A stretch of 64,000 nucleotides of DNA from Eledone cirrhosa. Taxonomy: Eukaryota. The stretch is from positions 199,144,001 to 199,208,000 of the forward strand of contig OZ024740.1 of NCBI GenBank assembly GCA_964016885.1. The letters run 5' to 3'. The notes below the pieces were generated by a model, which saw nothing but the letters and a program-made list of their open reading frames with translations, did not search any database and was not told where the DNA came from. The position numbers and the translations under genes were made by a program. This document shows, piece by piece, positions 1-14,310 of the stretch (its first letter is position 1; each line of letters begins with the position of its first letter).

Positions 1-2345
1 TATACATATATACACACATACACACATACACATTCACGTACATTCATCCGCTTACACATACACCCATACAAATAAGAGTGTAAAAAACATAGATGTAAAA
101 AAACATAGATATAAAAACACACATACACACACATATATATACACGCACGCACGCGCACATACGGAGGCGTTCGTGTACATATACAGAACGTATACATACG
201 TAAAGACACTCAGACACATAGATACAGAGTATAAAGCAGCCTTATAAATAAATTAGTACAAATATAAAATCGGCTGCGAAACAACAGAACATATCTTGAG
301 TGGAAAACGCAAGTGACGTGTATAATCAGGTAGTAAAGAAAATAGGGAAGTAAAATGTGGAATGTGAAGATATTAGGTAAGTGAATCGAAGAGTAGGGGG
401 GTGGGGTACTGGTGGATGTGAAGTAAAAAGGAAAATAAAAATAAAATTAAAAATAAAGTTAAAAATGAAAGTAAATCAGAAAGAGAAGTCTGTAAAGAGA
501 ATACTTTAAGGAAAGTGAAGAATACGAGTTTATGGAGGATAAATATCTGAAAGTGAGTTAAGTTTATATGAGCTGGAAAGCAAGTGTGATTTCATGTGTG
601 GGCAACTGGTGAACATTTCTGTTTTTGTATTTAGGCAGGTTTTTGGTGATTTAAGTTTTTGTAAAATCCAATATTTTTCAGTTATGCAGAGTGTGCATCT
701 TCTTGTTTCACTTGCATATTCTTTAGATTGGTTTAAAATTGACCAATCCAATTTATATTGGATACCTTGGGCTTTCAAATCCCATATTCTGCTAGCCAGA
801 GCTGTTGTGAATCTTTTTTCTGGATGTCGGAAAGATGCGACATGTGAGTAATAACGCGTTTTGAATTTGTCTTGTGTTATACCCACATATCGTTCGCTGG
901 GGGCTGGTTAGTTGTTGCTGATGGTTGTCACTTTAGCCGCATATACAATGGCTTTGCTGTTGCATTTACCTTGTAATGGGCATTCACTTTTGACTCTACA
1001 GGAGCAATTTTGATGTTCTCTGGGTGATTTCTTATTGATGATATAAGATTTAATAGGGGGACCGCAGGAGTAGCTAATTTTGACACAGTTTCTATTGAAG
1101 ATCTTATAGTATCTATGTGTTCTAGGGAAATGTTTATCTAAGAGCTCTAGGAATTTGTTGCCTACATTAGTTTTAACTGCTAGAGAGTAGGGGGTGTGAA
1201 CCAGATTAGTTTTCTTTTCCTATTGTTATGTTTAAAAGAGTTAGTATAGTTGGGTATGTACTTAATCGATTCGCTAAATCCGCTATTTTGAAGGGCTTTA
1301 TTATAGTAGGGGGATGCCTTATTGAAAATAGCTTCTGAGGAAGAGAGTGTGGAGATCCTACGGCTAATATTAGGGATAAGGTTTTTAAAGACTATAGGAG
1401 GATGGCAAGAGCCTTTATTTATATATTTTAATTTTTCATTAGGTTTATGGTATGGTTTATAAGAAGCAGTAGGCAAATCTAGGTTTATATCTAGAAAATT
1501 AACATTGGAAAGGTTAGTGTCAATAGTAATTTTAAGATTAAAACTAGCAAAGGTTTTAATTAAGTCTTTCCTTAATCTATCTAAGTTATGGCCTATGGTG
1601 GTATGGGAAAGTATTATACCATCGTCGCGATAAAGCCCCAAAATATGGTTAGGGAATTTTTCTTTAAATGTGTGTAGGAGGAATAGGCCGACTAAATCAC
1701 AAACATCGGCACTGTCAAAAGAGCCCATTGAGACATCGAATGGGCTCTCTGGGTTAGATATTTTTACCCTAGTGTCATTATCATTAAAGAGTGGAGTGTT
1801 TCTAGCGTGCAAGATGACATTCTTTCAATATCAGAGATATTGGTAAACTTTCTAGCGAAATTTAAAGCTTTCGCTAAAAGAGTCTGAGTGATAGACGGGT
1901 AGAAATCTACAATGTCAAATTGGGTGAATCTAGAACTATTTTTATCTTTAATTTTATTAAACCAATGTACTACGGAAGAGCTATTTATCCATTGGAGTAA
2001 TTTAGACTTACTTCTAATCTGTGTGTTTATATTATTTAAATTTTTTTTGCTGGCAATACCGATAACAGTCTTAGCAGGGTTGATTAATCTACAACTAGGA
2101 CGATTAATAAAGTCAGGTTTGTGATCTTTAAGGGTGATATATACATTACGTTTAGCAAGTTTTTCTGTCCTATTATCTATTTTTAAAGAACTAGCTAATT
2201 CTTTAGCTTCCTTATTTAAATTATGATACGTGTTTATATTACCTATTTGGTATTTAGAGGTGATGTTATCTATTAATAGTTGGTCGTGTAAATTATTATT
2301 AACTTCGTATAAGTTTTTAGTTTTGTCGGAGAAAATGAACAATTG
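1..2345 (-). mobile_element. Penelope-like retroelement (Hydra-clade-like), 5'-truncated and frameshifted: RT (1180-2342) plus C-terminal GIY-YIG endonuclease (530-~1010); 3' UTR runs off the window edge
   Basis: ORF pieces show TLKDHK..RLINPAK, QFDIVDFYPSIT, FDVSMGSFDSADVCDLVG, GLYRDDG, NFLDINLDL and IWFTPP. The EN part shows CSCR..ECPLQGKC, YVGITQDKFKTRY..H, CTLC..EK and K.E...CPH. Broken by frameshifts and a stop. Confidence 0.92.
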
Positions 2346-3399
2346 TAAATTACCGGTTTCAGCATTTTATCCATTATCAATGGGGGAATATGTATTGGTA
2401 TAACATGTACATGAGAAGATAAGGTGATTTTGAACATGGTAAGGAAATGGGAGAGAAGGAAAAATATTATTTAGAAACAAGGTTTTAGAAGTAAAAAGAA
2501 AAAGGAAAAAAAGGTGTGATGTGAAACATGATAAGGCAATGGGAAAGAAAGAACAATATTATTTACAGGCATAGTTCTTGAGGATAAGCAGTTCAAATGT
2601 GTTATTATGGTAACAGCGCTTAGAAAAGTTGATCCATGTTGGAGGCAAATATATATATATAAATCCGAAGACTGTCGATAATATATATGCATTCATAAAT
2701 AATTTTTAACATTTAATTCGTGAAAAAGACTTTTCCCTTCCTTTCGTTTCAAAACAATGTTTATTAATTATATTAAACTGATAGGCATTTACCGAGATGT
2801 AATTATTCAATGACACAATAATTGTGAAGTATAACAAGATGAATATTAAATTGACTGAAATCAGGCAGACATATGACCGACGGATTTACAGCTACACGAG
2901 CCCTATATCTGCCTTACTGCAATCAATTTTGTCCTTTCTCAAAAAACAAAGAAGGAAAGGTCGCCTACCTCTAATAAATGCTTGAAAGCTTTGAATTTCA
3001 TCACCAATAAAATTATATATATATATATATCATGGATGTAAAATGCACACCTAATACACGCACGCAGAGACAGACACACACAAACACACATATGTGTGTA
3101 TGTGTTTAAGTGATATCTATTTTAGAACTTCTTCGAAGAATACAAGAGGGTCATAGTATGACGAAATAATTTTCGTTGAATCAAACTTGTACAAGGGATC
3201 TGTAAATAAGTTAGTGAAATGGTCTGTAGAAATATGTAGGTCTATGTAGATGCACTCTTTATTTACGGACATGTTTCTCTAGTTTACGGACTGTATATGT
3301 ACGTAAATTTTCATTGTGTATGTAAGTGTCTATTATATGTACGCATATAGATTTGTGCGTATGTTTCCAATAGAAAATCTTTGCGATGTCATGCAAAAC

Positions 3400-3830
3400 C
3401 TCACTGTATCGCTAGCTGGTTGGATTTTAATGATTTCAGGCTAACCTCGTATGTTCATTCTTGGGATTCCACAGAATCTGCAGGCTGCTGTTTAAATCTG
3501 AAGTCAAATACCCCAGTGTACGTCTGATTACAGGTAAAAGTGTTTATTTGTAGATCAGCCAGAGTATCAGTATGTTTTGCATTAGTTCATCATGAATATT
3601 TCCTTTTCCTTAAAGTAGATAACATGTTCACTTTAGCAGATTAACTGGCCCAAGAAGCGTGAAAAGTGCTTTGTACGAGGAACTGGTGACGTCGTGTATA
3701 ATAATTGGAGGAAAGTGTCAAAAGGAGGCAATATCAAAATGTGACAGGCAAATACTTAGCAGAGACTCAATGTATGACACACACAGTAACAGATGGAAGA
3801 CACTCAACCCTACAATCCAGTCCTATTTGG
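3400..3830 (+). mobile_element. Possible highly decayed RTE-type LINE C-terminal remnant
   Basis: Manual translation gives FHRICRLL..., RSVKSALYEELVT... and SNRWKTL, resembling the RTE C-terminus (RIPKQLFYGEL..DRNKWR) seen at 14311-14500. Many stops. Confidence 0.3.
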
Positions 3831-5001
3831 TTTAAGCATGCAAGAATCGTCTAAAGAATGAAGTACTTTACATTTGAAGAAATTCCTTATAATTTAAACA
3901 ATTTTATATTGTGATTGTGACAGTTAGTTTCCAACTAAGACAGAATCTTTATTAAGATGATAAATTTTGATGTATATAAAATGCACAGGTAATGTTTACT
4001 AGTCTGAAATTCTTAATTATGAAATATTATTGCCATGTCTTAACTCACCATCGCAACGTATGCGTCAATTAAACATTTAATATTTATATGCATTTAAAGT
4101 TTTTTTGTGAGTTGACTTTCTTTGAAACATTTGATTTAATAATCAACCTTTGTATAAAATGTTATTAACTTGAGTTTTATTTTATATTATTTAAACTTAA
4201 TTTTTATTCCGTGATCATTAATGTATTTTAATGTAATCTTAAAACATTTAAAGTCATTAAATTCTAATTAATTATTCAGTATATGTAGTCTTCAGCTATA
4301 TTCAATTCTCCACTCGTTCTCTTTTTTAACATAAAGGAAATGAATAGAAAAGGCAATAAAAGAGATAATGGTGATATGAAGTAGATCATCTCTTGTGGTG
4401 TGTCGTAAATATAGTTTTCTAAATCAGAAGCCAAATTGCTATGTAACATTTTTTTCTGTGGTTTACTTTACATTGAGAAAAATAATTAAACATTGATCTA
4501 TTACCAAATAATTGATTTCCGGCTTGTGGTATGTCGAACTATAACTGCAGATAATACAGTGATTGCTTGAGTTACACTCCTGAGCATATCTGGAATCCGC
4601 TGCAACATTCACATCATTTTATGTACGTAAAAAGTAATGCTTATTTTTATTCAGACCACGTGGGATCATGCCATACAAGATACTTATTCATTCGACGCTA
4701 TTAATTCTCTCGGTCACAAAGATATTCCCGAAGCTCCAAGGAACTCAAGATCAGTAGGGAAACATAGAAAGGGATTCAGAGACTAAAGCCATGACACGTT
4801 AAATCGTTTATCATTGGTTGGATGAAAATAAAAAGAATAATTTGTCTCCACATATATCTCGTGCTTTGTTAACTTTGTTCTATGGGATAAACCTTTTCAG
4901 AACAAATCAGAAAGCATAACATTAATTTCTGTTTGTTGTGTTGTTATCTGAACTGCTTCTTTAATAAATCGATTGCGTTCATAGATTCTTTCAACTGTCT
5001 G

Positions 5002-5570
5002 TTATTTTTCATTGTTGCCGAACTCAGAGTTTACTGAATCTCCAATGACTCCTTTCAAAATCTTTATGCAAAGGATCAATATGCAAAGGATCAATAACAA
5101 AGTACGAAAAGTATTTTTCCTGTCGGAAGTCGAAATCCATTTCAGAATATCTAACAAAAGTCTAGAAGTTGAGCGAAAAAAAAAACGAACATCTGAGTGG
5201 GATTTCAACCCAGACGCTGGTGGGACGTAAAAACATATTACCGTAAAATCATTTGTACCACCTACATGATGATGAATACTTTTCAACACATTTATACAAT
5301 GAGAGAAATGAATGTAAAGATATTTTTGGAAATAATATAATTATTTCTTCTCTTTCTTTCTCGTCCACTTTTTACTGATATTAATAATAATATTGATAAC
5401 TCTTCTCTCTCATGAAGTATAAACCTTATTATTAATAACAGACGGGTTACTGTGAACATAATCGACTGCTCTGCCAAGAAGGATTTGCACTCAGACTGAA
5501 AAGCACCCGCATACAGAAACACAGCTTTATCTAGATTTTGCAAATTGTGTGTTGAGGAATTTGTTTTCAT
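5002..5570 (-). mobile_element. Possible decayed LINE apurinic endonuclease remnant
   Basis: Fragments KSGRER.., VICFYVPP and VIGDSVNSEFG loosely match the APE motifs (R..GG, Y.PP, GDFN). Weak. Confidence 0.25.
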
Positions 5571-6639
5571 ACTTAAATGTAAGAACTCTATTAATATAAG
5601 GACGAATTTATTTAGTTCTTGTAGAAATCGCCTGAATTCAGCGTTTAGAACTATATATAAATTATAATTACACTTATAATATTTCTACTTATTTCCATAA
5701 CAATCTTATCCACTTCGTTTTAATATATTGATATCTCCAAATCATATCTACAACATTTGCTTAAAGTTTCTTAAAATATATACATATTTAATTCTAATGC
5801 TTTAATTTAAATTTTAAATTTTAATTTTAATCTTAATAATTTTTGATTCTTTAGTTTTTATTTGTTATTTCTTTAATTTTTTATAAATTTTTAAAAATTA
5901 CTTTTTTTTTTAAAATTACATATTTCTTATAAATTTTTATTTTTTTATTTTCCCGAATTTTTAATATTTTTTCAACATCATTTATTAGATTTTTAAACAC
6001 TAGCTAATTCTTGCTAAATATATCTTTAACATTTATACTTATTTTGACAAAATAGTCTCATACTAATGGATAAATAAACAAAACTGGAGTTGTTCCGTAT
6101 CTTCACATTTTAAAATATATAAATATGAATATTCTTAATAACTCAGTTAACTCAATTTAATTTAACTTACCTCTTCCTGAACATGCAACTCGTTCATCAC
6201 AAACCCTTGCTTTCACATACACACACACACACACGCGTACACCTACACACACACCACCACCTCCAGCCCTCCCCGCTCGGACACCCCGTCTCCCTCTCCC
6301 CACTCCACACGCCACCACCCTTACACACCCCACACCCTTCCACCACCTGTTTTACCCCTTTTTAATTTCAGTTTATTTTGATCATGCTTTTATATTTATT
6401 TTTATTTCATTTATTTTCATTTGGATCATGCTTTATTTTTATTTTTATTTTTAATTTCATTCGCACCGTTTCCTTTCGCTATATGTCTCTCCACCACTCC
6501 CCTACAAAACCCTTGCCTCTAGGCCACGGGGTGTTTGGCCTGTACCCATTGACTTGCCACAAGTGCGCAAGCCACTCCCCCCTCCCGTCATGACACTCTG
6601 AACAACATATTGAGAAGGAGCCTGGATGCAACCGTTTTC

Positions 6640-7045
6640 CCAACCAAACTGAGGCCTGGAGGCCTCTACCGCGCAGGCGGCAAGCGTACTGACGGAATTA
6701 CCTTCTTCCCATTCGAAGGACGTTAATCCCTCATCTAGGACACGAAAGTGTGTGACACGTTCTCCTCCTTCAACTTAGTTACTTCGGGCAAAAGCTTCGT
6801 TGCTAAAGAGGACAGGAAGACAAGCAAAAAACGGGGTTTGTCCGCTCTCTTGCTATTTGAAACAGTAGTTGTCGAAACATCAGGCCTTCTTGGACCCCAT
6901 ACAGCCAAGTTCCTCCTTAAAATTGGAACATGAGCAGCCTGTCTGAGGAAAGATCGCCAAGAGTTAAGTGGCTGTTGCAGCGGATGACGCTGACCATTGT
7001 CCGCAGGAATGCTTTTGCAACTTTGTCCACGGGAGGCACCCGAAA
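6640..7045 (+). mobile_element. CRE-clade LINE 3' fragment (restriction-like endonuclease), degenerate
   Basis: Translates to PGGLYRAGGKRTDGITFFPFEG..DTKVCDTFS..VETSGLLGP..RRNAF, homologous to the RLE at 39030-39500. Confidence 0.8.
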
Positions 7046-7441
7046 CATCGTGATGACATGGGTGGAGAGTCTGTCTACCGATCCCCTTTCCTTCTCTTTC
7101 TTCCGCTGACTAATAGTTTTTCGCTTTCACTCCTTTTCATTTCATTTATGGCTTTTATAGTATTTTACTTTACCTTCCTATACAGCTATATCTGCCATTC
7201 TTTACACTTCTCCCCTTTTTTTCTCTACATAATTTTGTTTATATACTTTTTTTAATATTTTCATCATTATATATATTTTGTTCCATAATAACTAGGATAT
7301 TGTTTTTTCATAAAAATGCCCCCCCCCCCCCCCAAAAAAAATATATATTTACACATATGTTAGCAAGTGCGCATGTGTATTTAACTTGTATGTATGTGTG
7401 TATGTGTGTATGTATGTATATTTATGTATATATATATAATA

Positions 7442-7745
7442 TGTCACGTCCTTCTCAGTGCTACTGGTAACATGTAACCCAGTACAATCTGTGCGTGGTC
7501 TGGTCGTCAGTGACTAAACCGGCAACCACACCAAGTTTGCTTGGTGAGGAAGGTGATTTTGGACACCCTGCGTGATGAAAAGAAGGCCCGCCAAAGGGCG
7601 GAGGAACTCAGGACTGTCAAGGGCCATCCAATAAAGAATATTTTGTGGAGCGAGAGACTTCCAGTTTTCATTAAGACATATCTCTTGGAGGATGTTACTA
7701 TGATATAAAACCTGCGACTTCGTTTGGTAAAATGCCTTCAATGTC
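7442..7745 (+). mobile_element. RTE-derived non-autonomous retroposon, 5' part (copy A)
   Basis: Shares the head gctactggtaacatgtaacccagtac...gactaaac..ggcaacc...gggcggaggaactc...ggccatccaa with copies at 15243, 16250 and 36128. Confidence 0.75.
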
Positions 7746-8116
7746 TTAAATGTGACTTTTTTTTATACTAGCAGGACTAAAAAGCCACGTCCAAGATACT
7801 CAAGCTTAAGTATCAAACGATGGCATTACTCAAAATTGAGTTGCAGCTCTCAAGTGTATTTATATCCATGTTTATATTCTATTCACCATTTCATCCTGCC
7901 AATCCCACCAACCTTTTTCACTAACCGCTCATACACTTACCTTCACATTCATAACCGGGCTCCCAGTGACAAGTCAACATTCTATGGTTATGTTCTTTAT
8001 CACCCATTACCATCTGTGCACACAACCGTATACTCCATCTTAATTAGCCCTTCTCAATTAAATCCCCCTCCCCTACAACGAGATCTTCCTTTATTTATAC
8101 TCTGTCTGCTATTGAA

Positions 8117-8180
8117 AAGTCAGTCTTGTCTGATGACACTGTGATAAACAGGCTAACCTCCAGAGTAACAAGACTCACTT
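8117..8180 (+). ncRNA. Degenerate type I hammerhead ribozyme, probably in a PLE pseudo-LTR remnant
   Basis: Stem I agtcttgt (8122-8129) pairs with acaagact (8168-8175). CTGATGA at 8130-8136 and a GTA triplet precedes stem I', but GAAA reads TAAA. Confidence 0.55.
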
Positions 8181-8207
8181 TATACACTTCATAAAATGAA
8201 TATATAT

Positions 8208-9018
8208 AAAGTATCAACACATATATTTTTATTGCTTGACCCGAATTACTTGGTCGTTTTGTTTTGGCTGTGCGGATGATATGTTTAACCATCATCTCAG
8301 TGTGTTTGGCCCTTAACGTATGTTGTAGCTCTGATTCATATGATTCATCGAGCGCTTGCCACACATATCGGACGTTGATTTTCGTTAATTCCTGAGCTGA
8401 AAACGATTCTCGCTAATTTATATTTGTATTAATCTCCAGAGTCTAGCTATTGAGCAGTTAATTTTATTGATTTTTTCAGTTACTTATATTGACTGTTGAA
8501 TAGCTCTGTTATATTTAACTATGCTGTCGAGAGCTTTTTTCGATTTGTGATATTTTGCATTCTCGCAATAATACACAACTGAATCATTCGCTTAATAGAG
8601 GTGTTACCTCCCATGCTGAATCCCACGAGGCGTCAGTAATAGCCACACTATCTATAGCATCTTGGAGCAAAACCCGTTGATAACACAACTTCCTTGTTCA
8701 TCATCTCACCAGAAGCCCAACATTCTTTATGTAGGCGGACAGTACCTGATTTGGAGTCGCAGAAACCAATACTGGATTTTACCATCAGTCCAGGGTCAGG
8801 GAAAGTATCAACACATATATTTTTATTGTTTGACCCGAATTACTTGGTCGTTTTGTTTTGGCTGTGCGAATGATATGTTTAACCATCATCTCAGTGTGTT
8901 TGGCCCTTAACGTATGTTGTAGCTCTGATTCATATGATTCATCGAGCGCTTGCCACACATATCGGACGTTGATTTTCGTTAATTCCTGAGCTGAAAACGA
9001 TTCTCGCTAATTTATATT

Positions 9019-9019
<1 letters not shown>
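8208..9019. repeat. Two ~218-bp near-identical direct repeats (8208-8425, 8802-9019; period 594 bp) ending at (TA)n
   Basis: Direct comparison of aaagtatcaacacatatattttt...ctcgctaatttatattt shows only a few substitutions. Confidence 0.9.
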
Positions 9020-9258
<239 letters not shown>

Positions 9259-10262
9259 GTACTAGTCGTAGTATTTCATGAAGGACGAAGGACTGGGTAT
9301 GTATCAGAGAGGAGAATAAATTGGTATTGATTCATTTTATTATAAACTATCTATAATTTGTTCTAGGCAGTGGGAAATTGGTGAAGATATTTGTAATAGA
9401 TGCAGGAATTGATAGTTGAAAACAGAGATGACCAGCTCGACAGCGTTAGCTGTGTGGCAAATATTTATATAGAAATATGAATGAAGTAAAGAGAGGGAAT
9501 AGTAAATATTGTTAAGGATTGTAAATAAGAATAATCGCGATATATTAAACAAGCAGGTTGTTATTCTTTCTATAATCAGACGATACCCTAAATTATAAAC
9601 ACAAGCTTTTGAACTTAAAAAATCATTTTTAAATACCGCTTTAAAATTTCCTCCCTTAGGATATATATTCTATCAACAAATGAAAGAACACTAAAAGTTA
9701 TTGCACATTTTAGCATTCTTTTTTATATTTATGTAATTATAAATGATGTTTAAGCCAACTTTGTGGGTGCCGCACATGTATTGAGAATGAAGATTTATTT
9801 TTTATTAAAATAATACTACAAAGATGCATAGCGGCTTCAATAGAATCATTGTGTATATAGAGCAACTTAATGAACCAGATAAATGCAAAAAGAGGCAACG
9901 GCATGTAATTCCTAGAAAAATCTTAAAGGCGCATAACCTCTAGCTAGAATATTTTTTCACCTACTAAACCAACAATTTCTTCAACATCAGATATACGACA
10001 GTGCCAAAAGTAGAAAAAATATATTAAAGACATTTACAGTCACGAGATCATATAGAACTACATCTAACTGTAGTTTCCTATAACTTGTTTTGTTAAATAA
10101 CACTGAACATAATGCAACCAATAGTAGCAAATGCGACTCTACAGGTGTTTCTCTCTGTCTCACAGATATAAGATCAGCATTTTTGTTTTGTCATTTTGTG
10201 TTTTCTATGCAACATTTAAAATCAAAATAATTGCAACAATAATTCTTCTTCATGCATGCATG

Positions 10263-13200
10263 GTCTTCTGGTTTTATAATTTCACAAATATTTTCCCAAT
10301 AAAGAGAGAGTCGATTTCTAACATAGACACAAGACTCTCGCATTGGAATTTACACAACGTCAACTAGGTAGAATATGTATGCATGCATGTGTAGATATGG
10401 ATGTTATTGTATGTGTGGATGTATATGTTTTGAGTTGAATGTGTGCATGTGTATATGCTTTGCATCTATACATGTCTATATGCACTTATTAGATGCAAAA
10501 TGTTTGGAATATTTTGCATATTTTTACTGTTCCATTAATGAATTCTATTTGTAATTTCCTAACTAGTTGTGTTCTCTCTGTTCCTGTGAAGCCTAGCTTC
10601 TCAAGATTTGTATTGAGGCAGTTACTAACATACCCCAGTGCCCCAATAATCACAGGCATAAATCTGAAGCTGCAATCAGGGTGGAGTATCAGCAGATTTC
10701 CTTTTCGTTAATCTTTGATATTATATTGGCATCTGCTGTGCATGTTTTCTTCTCCCTGTTCCATATAATATCTGATCTGTTATGCCTGCATTTTATTGGG
10801 GTTTTTACTGGAACATTCCACCAGTACTCTTTCATATTATGTACATGGATGTCTTCCACATTGCTGTAGCTTTTAATGTGTTTATTATCGGGGCTATCTT
10901 TTTTACGAACTGCATTGTACAGTGTTTTGGCCACTACATCATGCCTCATAGGTAGATAGTACCGGGATGACTCCTTTGGACAGCTGATGATGATATGGGT
11001 GATATACTCGATGTTAGTTCTGCAGAGTCTGCAATTGTTATCACATCTGGGTGTTTTGCCTGCATCCCTATCTCTTTTGTGAATCAGGTATTTCGTGTTA
11101 ATATCCTGTTCTTGGATTTCAAAAGCGTATCCTTCATTCAAAGTGGGAGCCAATATAGCGGTTGTTGGTCGAAGATAGACTACTTTCCTTATCTATATTA
11201 CCCTCACTCTGGAGCTTCCTGGCAACATAACCATGCATGATTTTTTGCTGATAAGCATGCATTTTTTCATCCATGGATTCACTGCGATACTGCTGAGCGA
11301 CTTCCCTGGGTGTGGAATATCTCTCAGGGAGTTCGTTGATCTCATCTGTTTCATGCAGATAGACTTTCTCGAGAAACGGGCTCCTACGCTTCGAGGTTCG
11401 TGGATGTTGTCGGAGAGATATGATGCGACATTCAAATGTTGTCTGGACTGATGTTAGGCCTCTGCCTCCCAGCTTACGTTTCAAGGAAAGACGGCCTATG
11501 TCACTGTTGATGTGGAAGTTTCCGGTGTTATTTAGTATTTTTCGAGTTCCAACATCAACTGCTCGGATTTCGTCTATCGTCCAATTGAGTATTCCAAACG
11601 TTGGTGTTAGGACAGGCACAGCAAACACATTGTGAGCCACTGATTTGTTTTGTGCAGAGAGTTCCGATGACCAGATCTTTCTTAATCGGGTGTAATATTC
11701 CCTGGTTACGCGTTCTTTATTACAGATACCATTATAGGATATGCTCTCATCTATCCCCAGGTATCTGAAGAAGTCCTCATCAGATATCGGTGAAACAGTT
11801 AGGCCATTGATGACAATATTGCTAGATTGGGTTGTTGTTGTCCCCGCTTTACAGTCATGTATGAGCATTTATCTTGGCCAAACTCAATTCCTATATCCAT
11901 TGAGAAAGTTGTAACCAGGTCAAGATTTTTCTTCATCCCATCCATGTTCTTGGCATAGAGTTTCAGATCGTCCACAAATAAATTATGGGTTAGGTTCGTG
12001 AGCCAATGATGTATCCCTCACATGTCTTGAGCAGAAATGACAAGTGGTTTAATGACAAGATGAATAATATCACAGTGAGTCTGTCCCCCTGAAATATACC
12101 CATGCAATATTTTATTTTATCAGTGAAAATAGAGTCCTCCCTCTCTGTCTTTAACCTTAGGATAGTAGCCCAAGAAGAAGACAGCCTCTCTATGGCTCTG
12201 ACAATAATGTCTGCAACTTTAGCAAATTGTAGGGCCTCTATCATCCAAGAGTGGGGAACAGAATCGAAAGCTTTCCTGTAGTCCAGCCAGACTGTAAGCA
12301 TATTCCTGTTAAGTTGTCGCACCTCCGACATCGCAGTTTTGTTGATTAGGAGTTGTTCAGCACATCCCCACACCCCTTTCTTTCCAGCTGCTTGTTCATC
12401 TTTGATGATGTTATTATTTTCACAGTGATCTTGGAGGAATAGGTTCAGGCAGGCTGTAAACATCTTATACATCAGGTTCTGGCATGCAATGAGTCGGTTG
12501 TTTTTTGCCAAGTGGGTGTCTTTGTTCTTGGGGAGCAGTAATGTTTGTGCTAATGTCAACCATTCTGGTATAAGTGTATCTCCCTTAAGAACTTGTTGGT
12601 AGAGGTCAGTAAGATACCTCCGATAGAATATCATAGTTTGTACCAATAGCCGACAATCATGTCTCTTCCTAGTGTTTTCTTATCTTGGAGTTTTCCTATC
12701 ACAGCCTCAAGGGTACCCTCACTTATTTCGTCTGTTTTTGTTGTAGTGTAGGAACAATAGTTCTTTCGGATTTCCCTCAGCCACACTGCATCTTGATTGA
12801 AATTCTTCTTTTCACCCCATATTTTGCCCCAAAAGGAATCTATGTCTTTCTGGGATGGGGCCTCAGTGATACTTATTATGTTGTTCTTCATATTTCTAAA
12901 GACTGATGTTTGGTTTTGTCTGAATCTTTTATTAAGCACTTTTCTCTTATCTACCTTCTTCGGGGATCGGCGTTTTTCGCTAACAGCTATCAATTCTTGT
13001 TTGAGGGTGATCAGCTTATATTGAAGAGTTCTGGTTCTGCTGTTACCAAACATCGTCTCTATTTTATTTTTCACTTTTTGTTGGTGAGAAGTGAGGTTTT
13101 TTTTATTTGTTTGCATGTAAGGAGCATTATCACATATCCTATGTATTTTCGTAGGTCAGCACTCTTTTTTTCTATTTTAGTTATATACGATGGTATTTTT

Positions 13201-14290
13201 GGTGGTGTTCTGTTCTTGTTAATATATCTGCTATCTCCAAGATAATGCTTCACTGTCGTTGCTAAGGCATATACACAGGCGTTGATTTCCCAAAATGTTG
13301 GGGTTTTTATCTGTCGTACATATTCATCCCCTATTTGTTCAAAGACACGTAATATTTCATTATTTGTTTTTTTATTAAACATTGTCGTTTTAATACGTTC
13401 AGGAAGAAAGATATTTATACATGAATTAATTTCTCTCTGGAAGATTTCGTTGAGGAAAATGTTCAATTGTTTATACTTTTGATTATTATCATTATCGATA
13501 GTATTTCCCACAACAATCGAGGTAGACGCAGATGGTACACGTGGTGTCAAATTTCTTCGATTATTATTATTATTTCTTCGATTATTATTATTATCGATAG
13601 TATTTTCGCCAGCATTCGAGGTAGACTTAGATGGAACAGGTGGTGTCAAGTTCCTTACAGGCATAGTTGTTTCTCGGCGCCGTTCGACCTGGCTGCTAGG
13701 AAATCTAGTAGCATGGCGACCTGTAGCACGTGTTGTTGATCACATGTTTGTTGTGGGGGACTTAGAATTAATAATGTTTATCTTATTTTTACGTTCAACA
13801 AACGTCGCTTGTTGGTGTAATTGTTTCGCTGTGAAATAGTTCAGCTCTGGGTTCATTTCGTCCCAGTGTAGCTTCATTCTGTTCATATAGCCAATGGAGG
13901 GAGGATTTGTTACCATTTTATAACAATTAAATATGTCATCATTAAGTTCGCAACTCCAAGGGAAATGCGACTTATAATTTCGGTTTCTTCTGTAGCTACA
14001 ACTGAATAAAGTTTGTTTACCTTTCTTATTGGTTGTATTCGATACTTCCTTAATTTCGTTGTTGATGTTGTGTTCAGCCAGGCTGTTTGTAGCAAATCCT
14101 TGTAAAATGAATTATGTATTTAGTCGGATATCTCTACGAATTCCAATAAAAGGTGTCTTCACAAGATATAATTAGAAGGATAACCAGTTATTCACCATGA
14201 CTGTAGTTGTAGCATTACTGTCGGAGATAGTATTCATCTTAAATTTAATAAATAGTCTCCCACGCCAAAATATGCGACTGATCGCGTTGA
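10263..14290 (-). mobile_element. R4/Dong-clade non-LTR retrotransposon, near full length; single ORF (~14237 to 10489) disrupted by frameshifts and stops; RT + CCHC + RLE
   Basis: RT motifs EQAAGKKGVWGCAEQLLINK, WLDYRKAFDSVPHSW, GIFQGD.L, HNLFVDDLKLYA, YLGIDE and GGRGL. CCHC knuckle CRLC....EYITHIIISC...RHD, then RSDII and terminal GTVKICK. (TATG)n lies at the 5' junction and catgcatgcatg at the 3' junction. Confidence 0.9.
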
Positions 14291-14310
14291 TGTATGTATG
14301 TATGTATGTA

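Noticed and set aside
3638-3835. Kelch-like exon (IIIGG...YDTHSNRWKTL) with nearby splice-like sites
   Set aside because: The surrounding frames fit a decayed RTE C-terminus better, there is an in-frame stop, and no other Kelch repeats were found.
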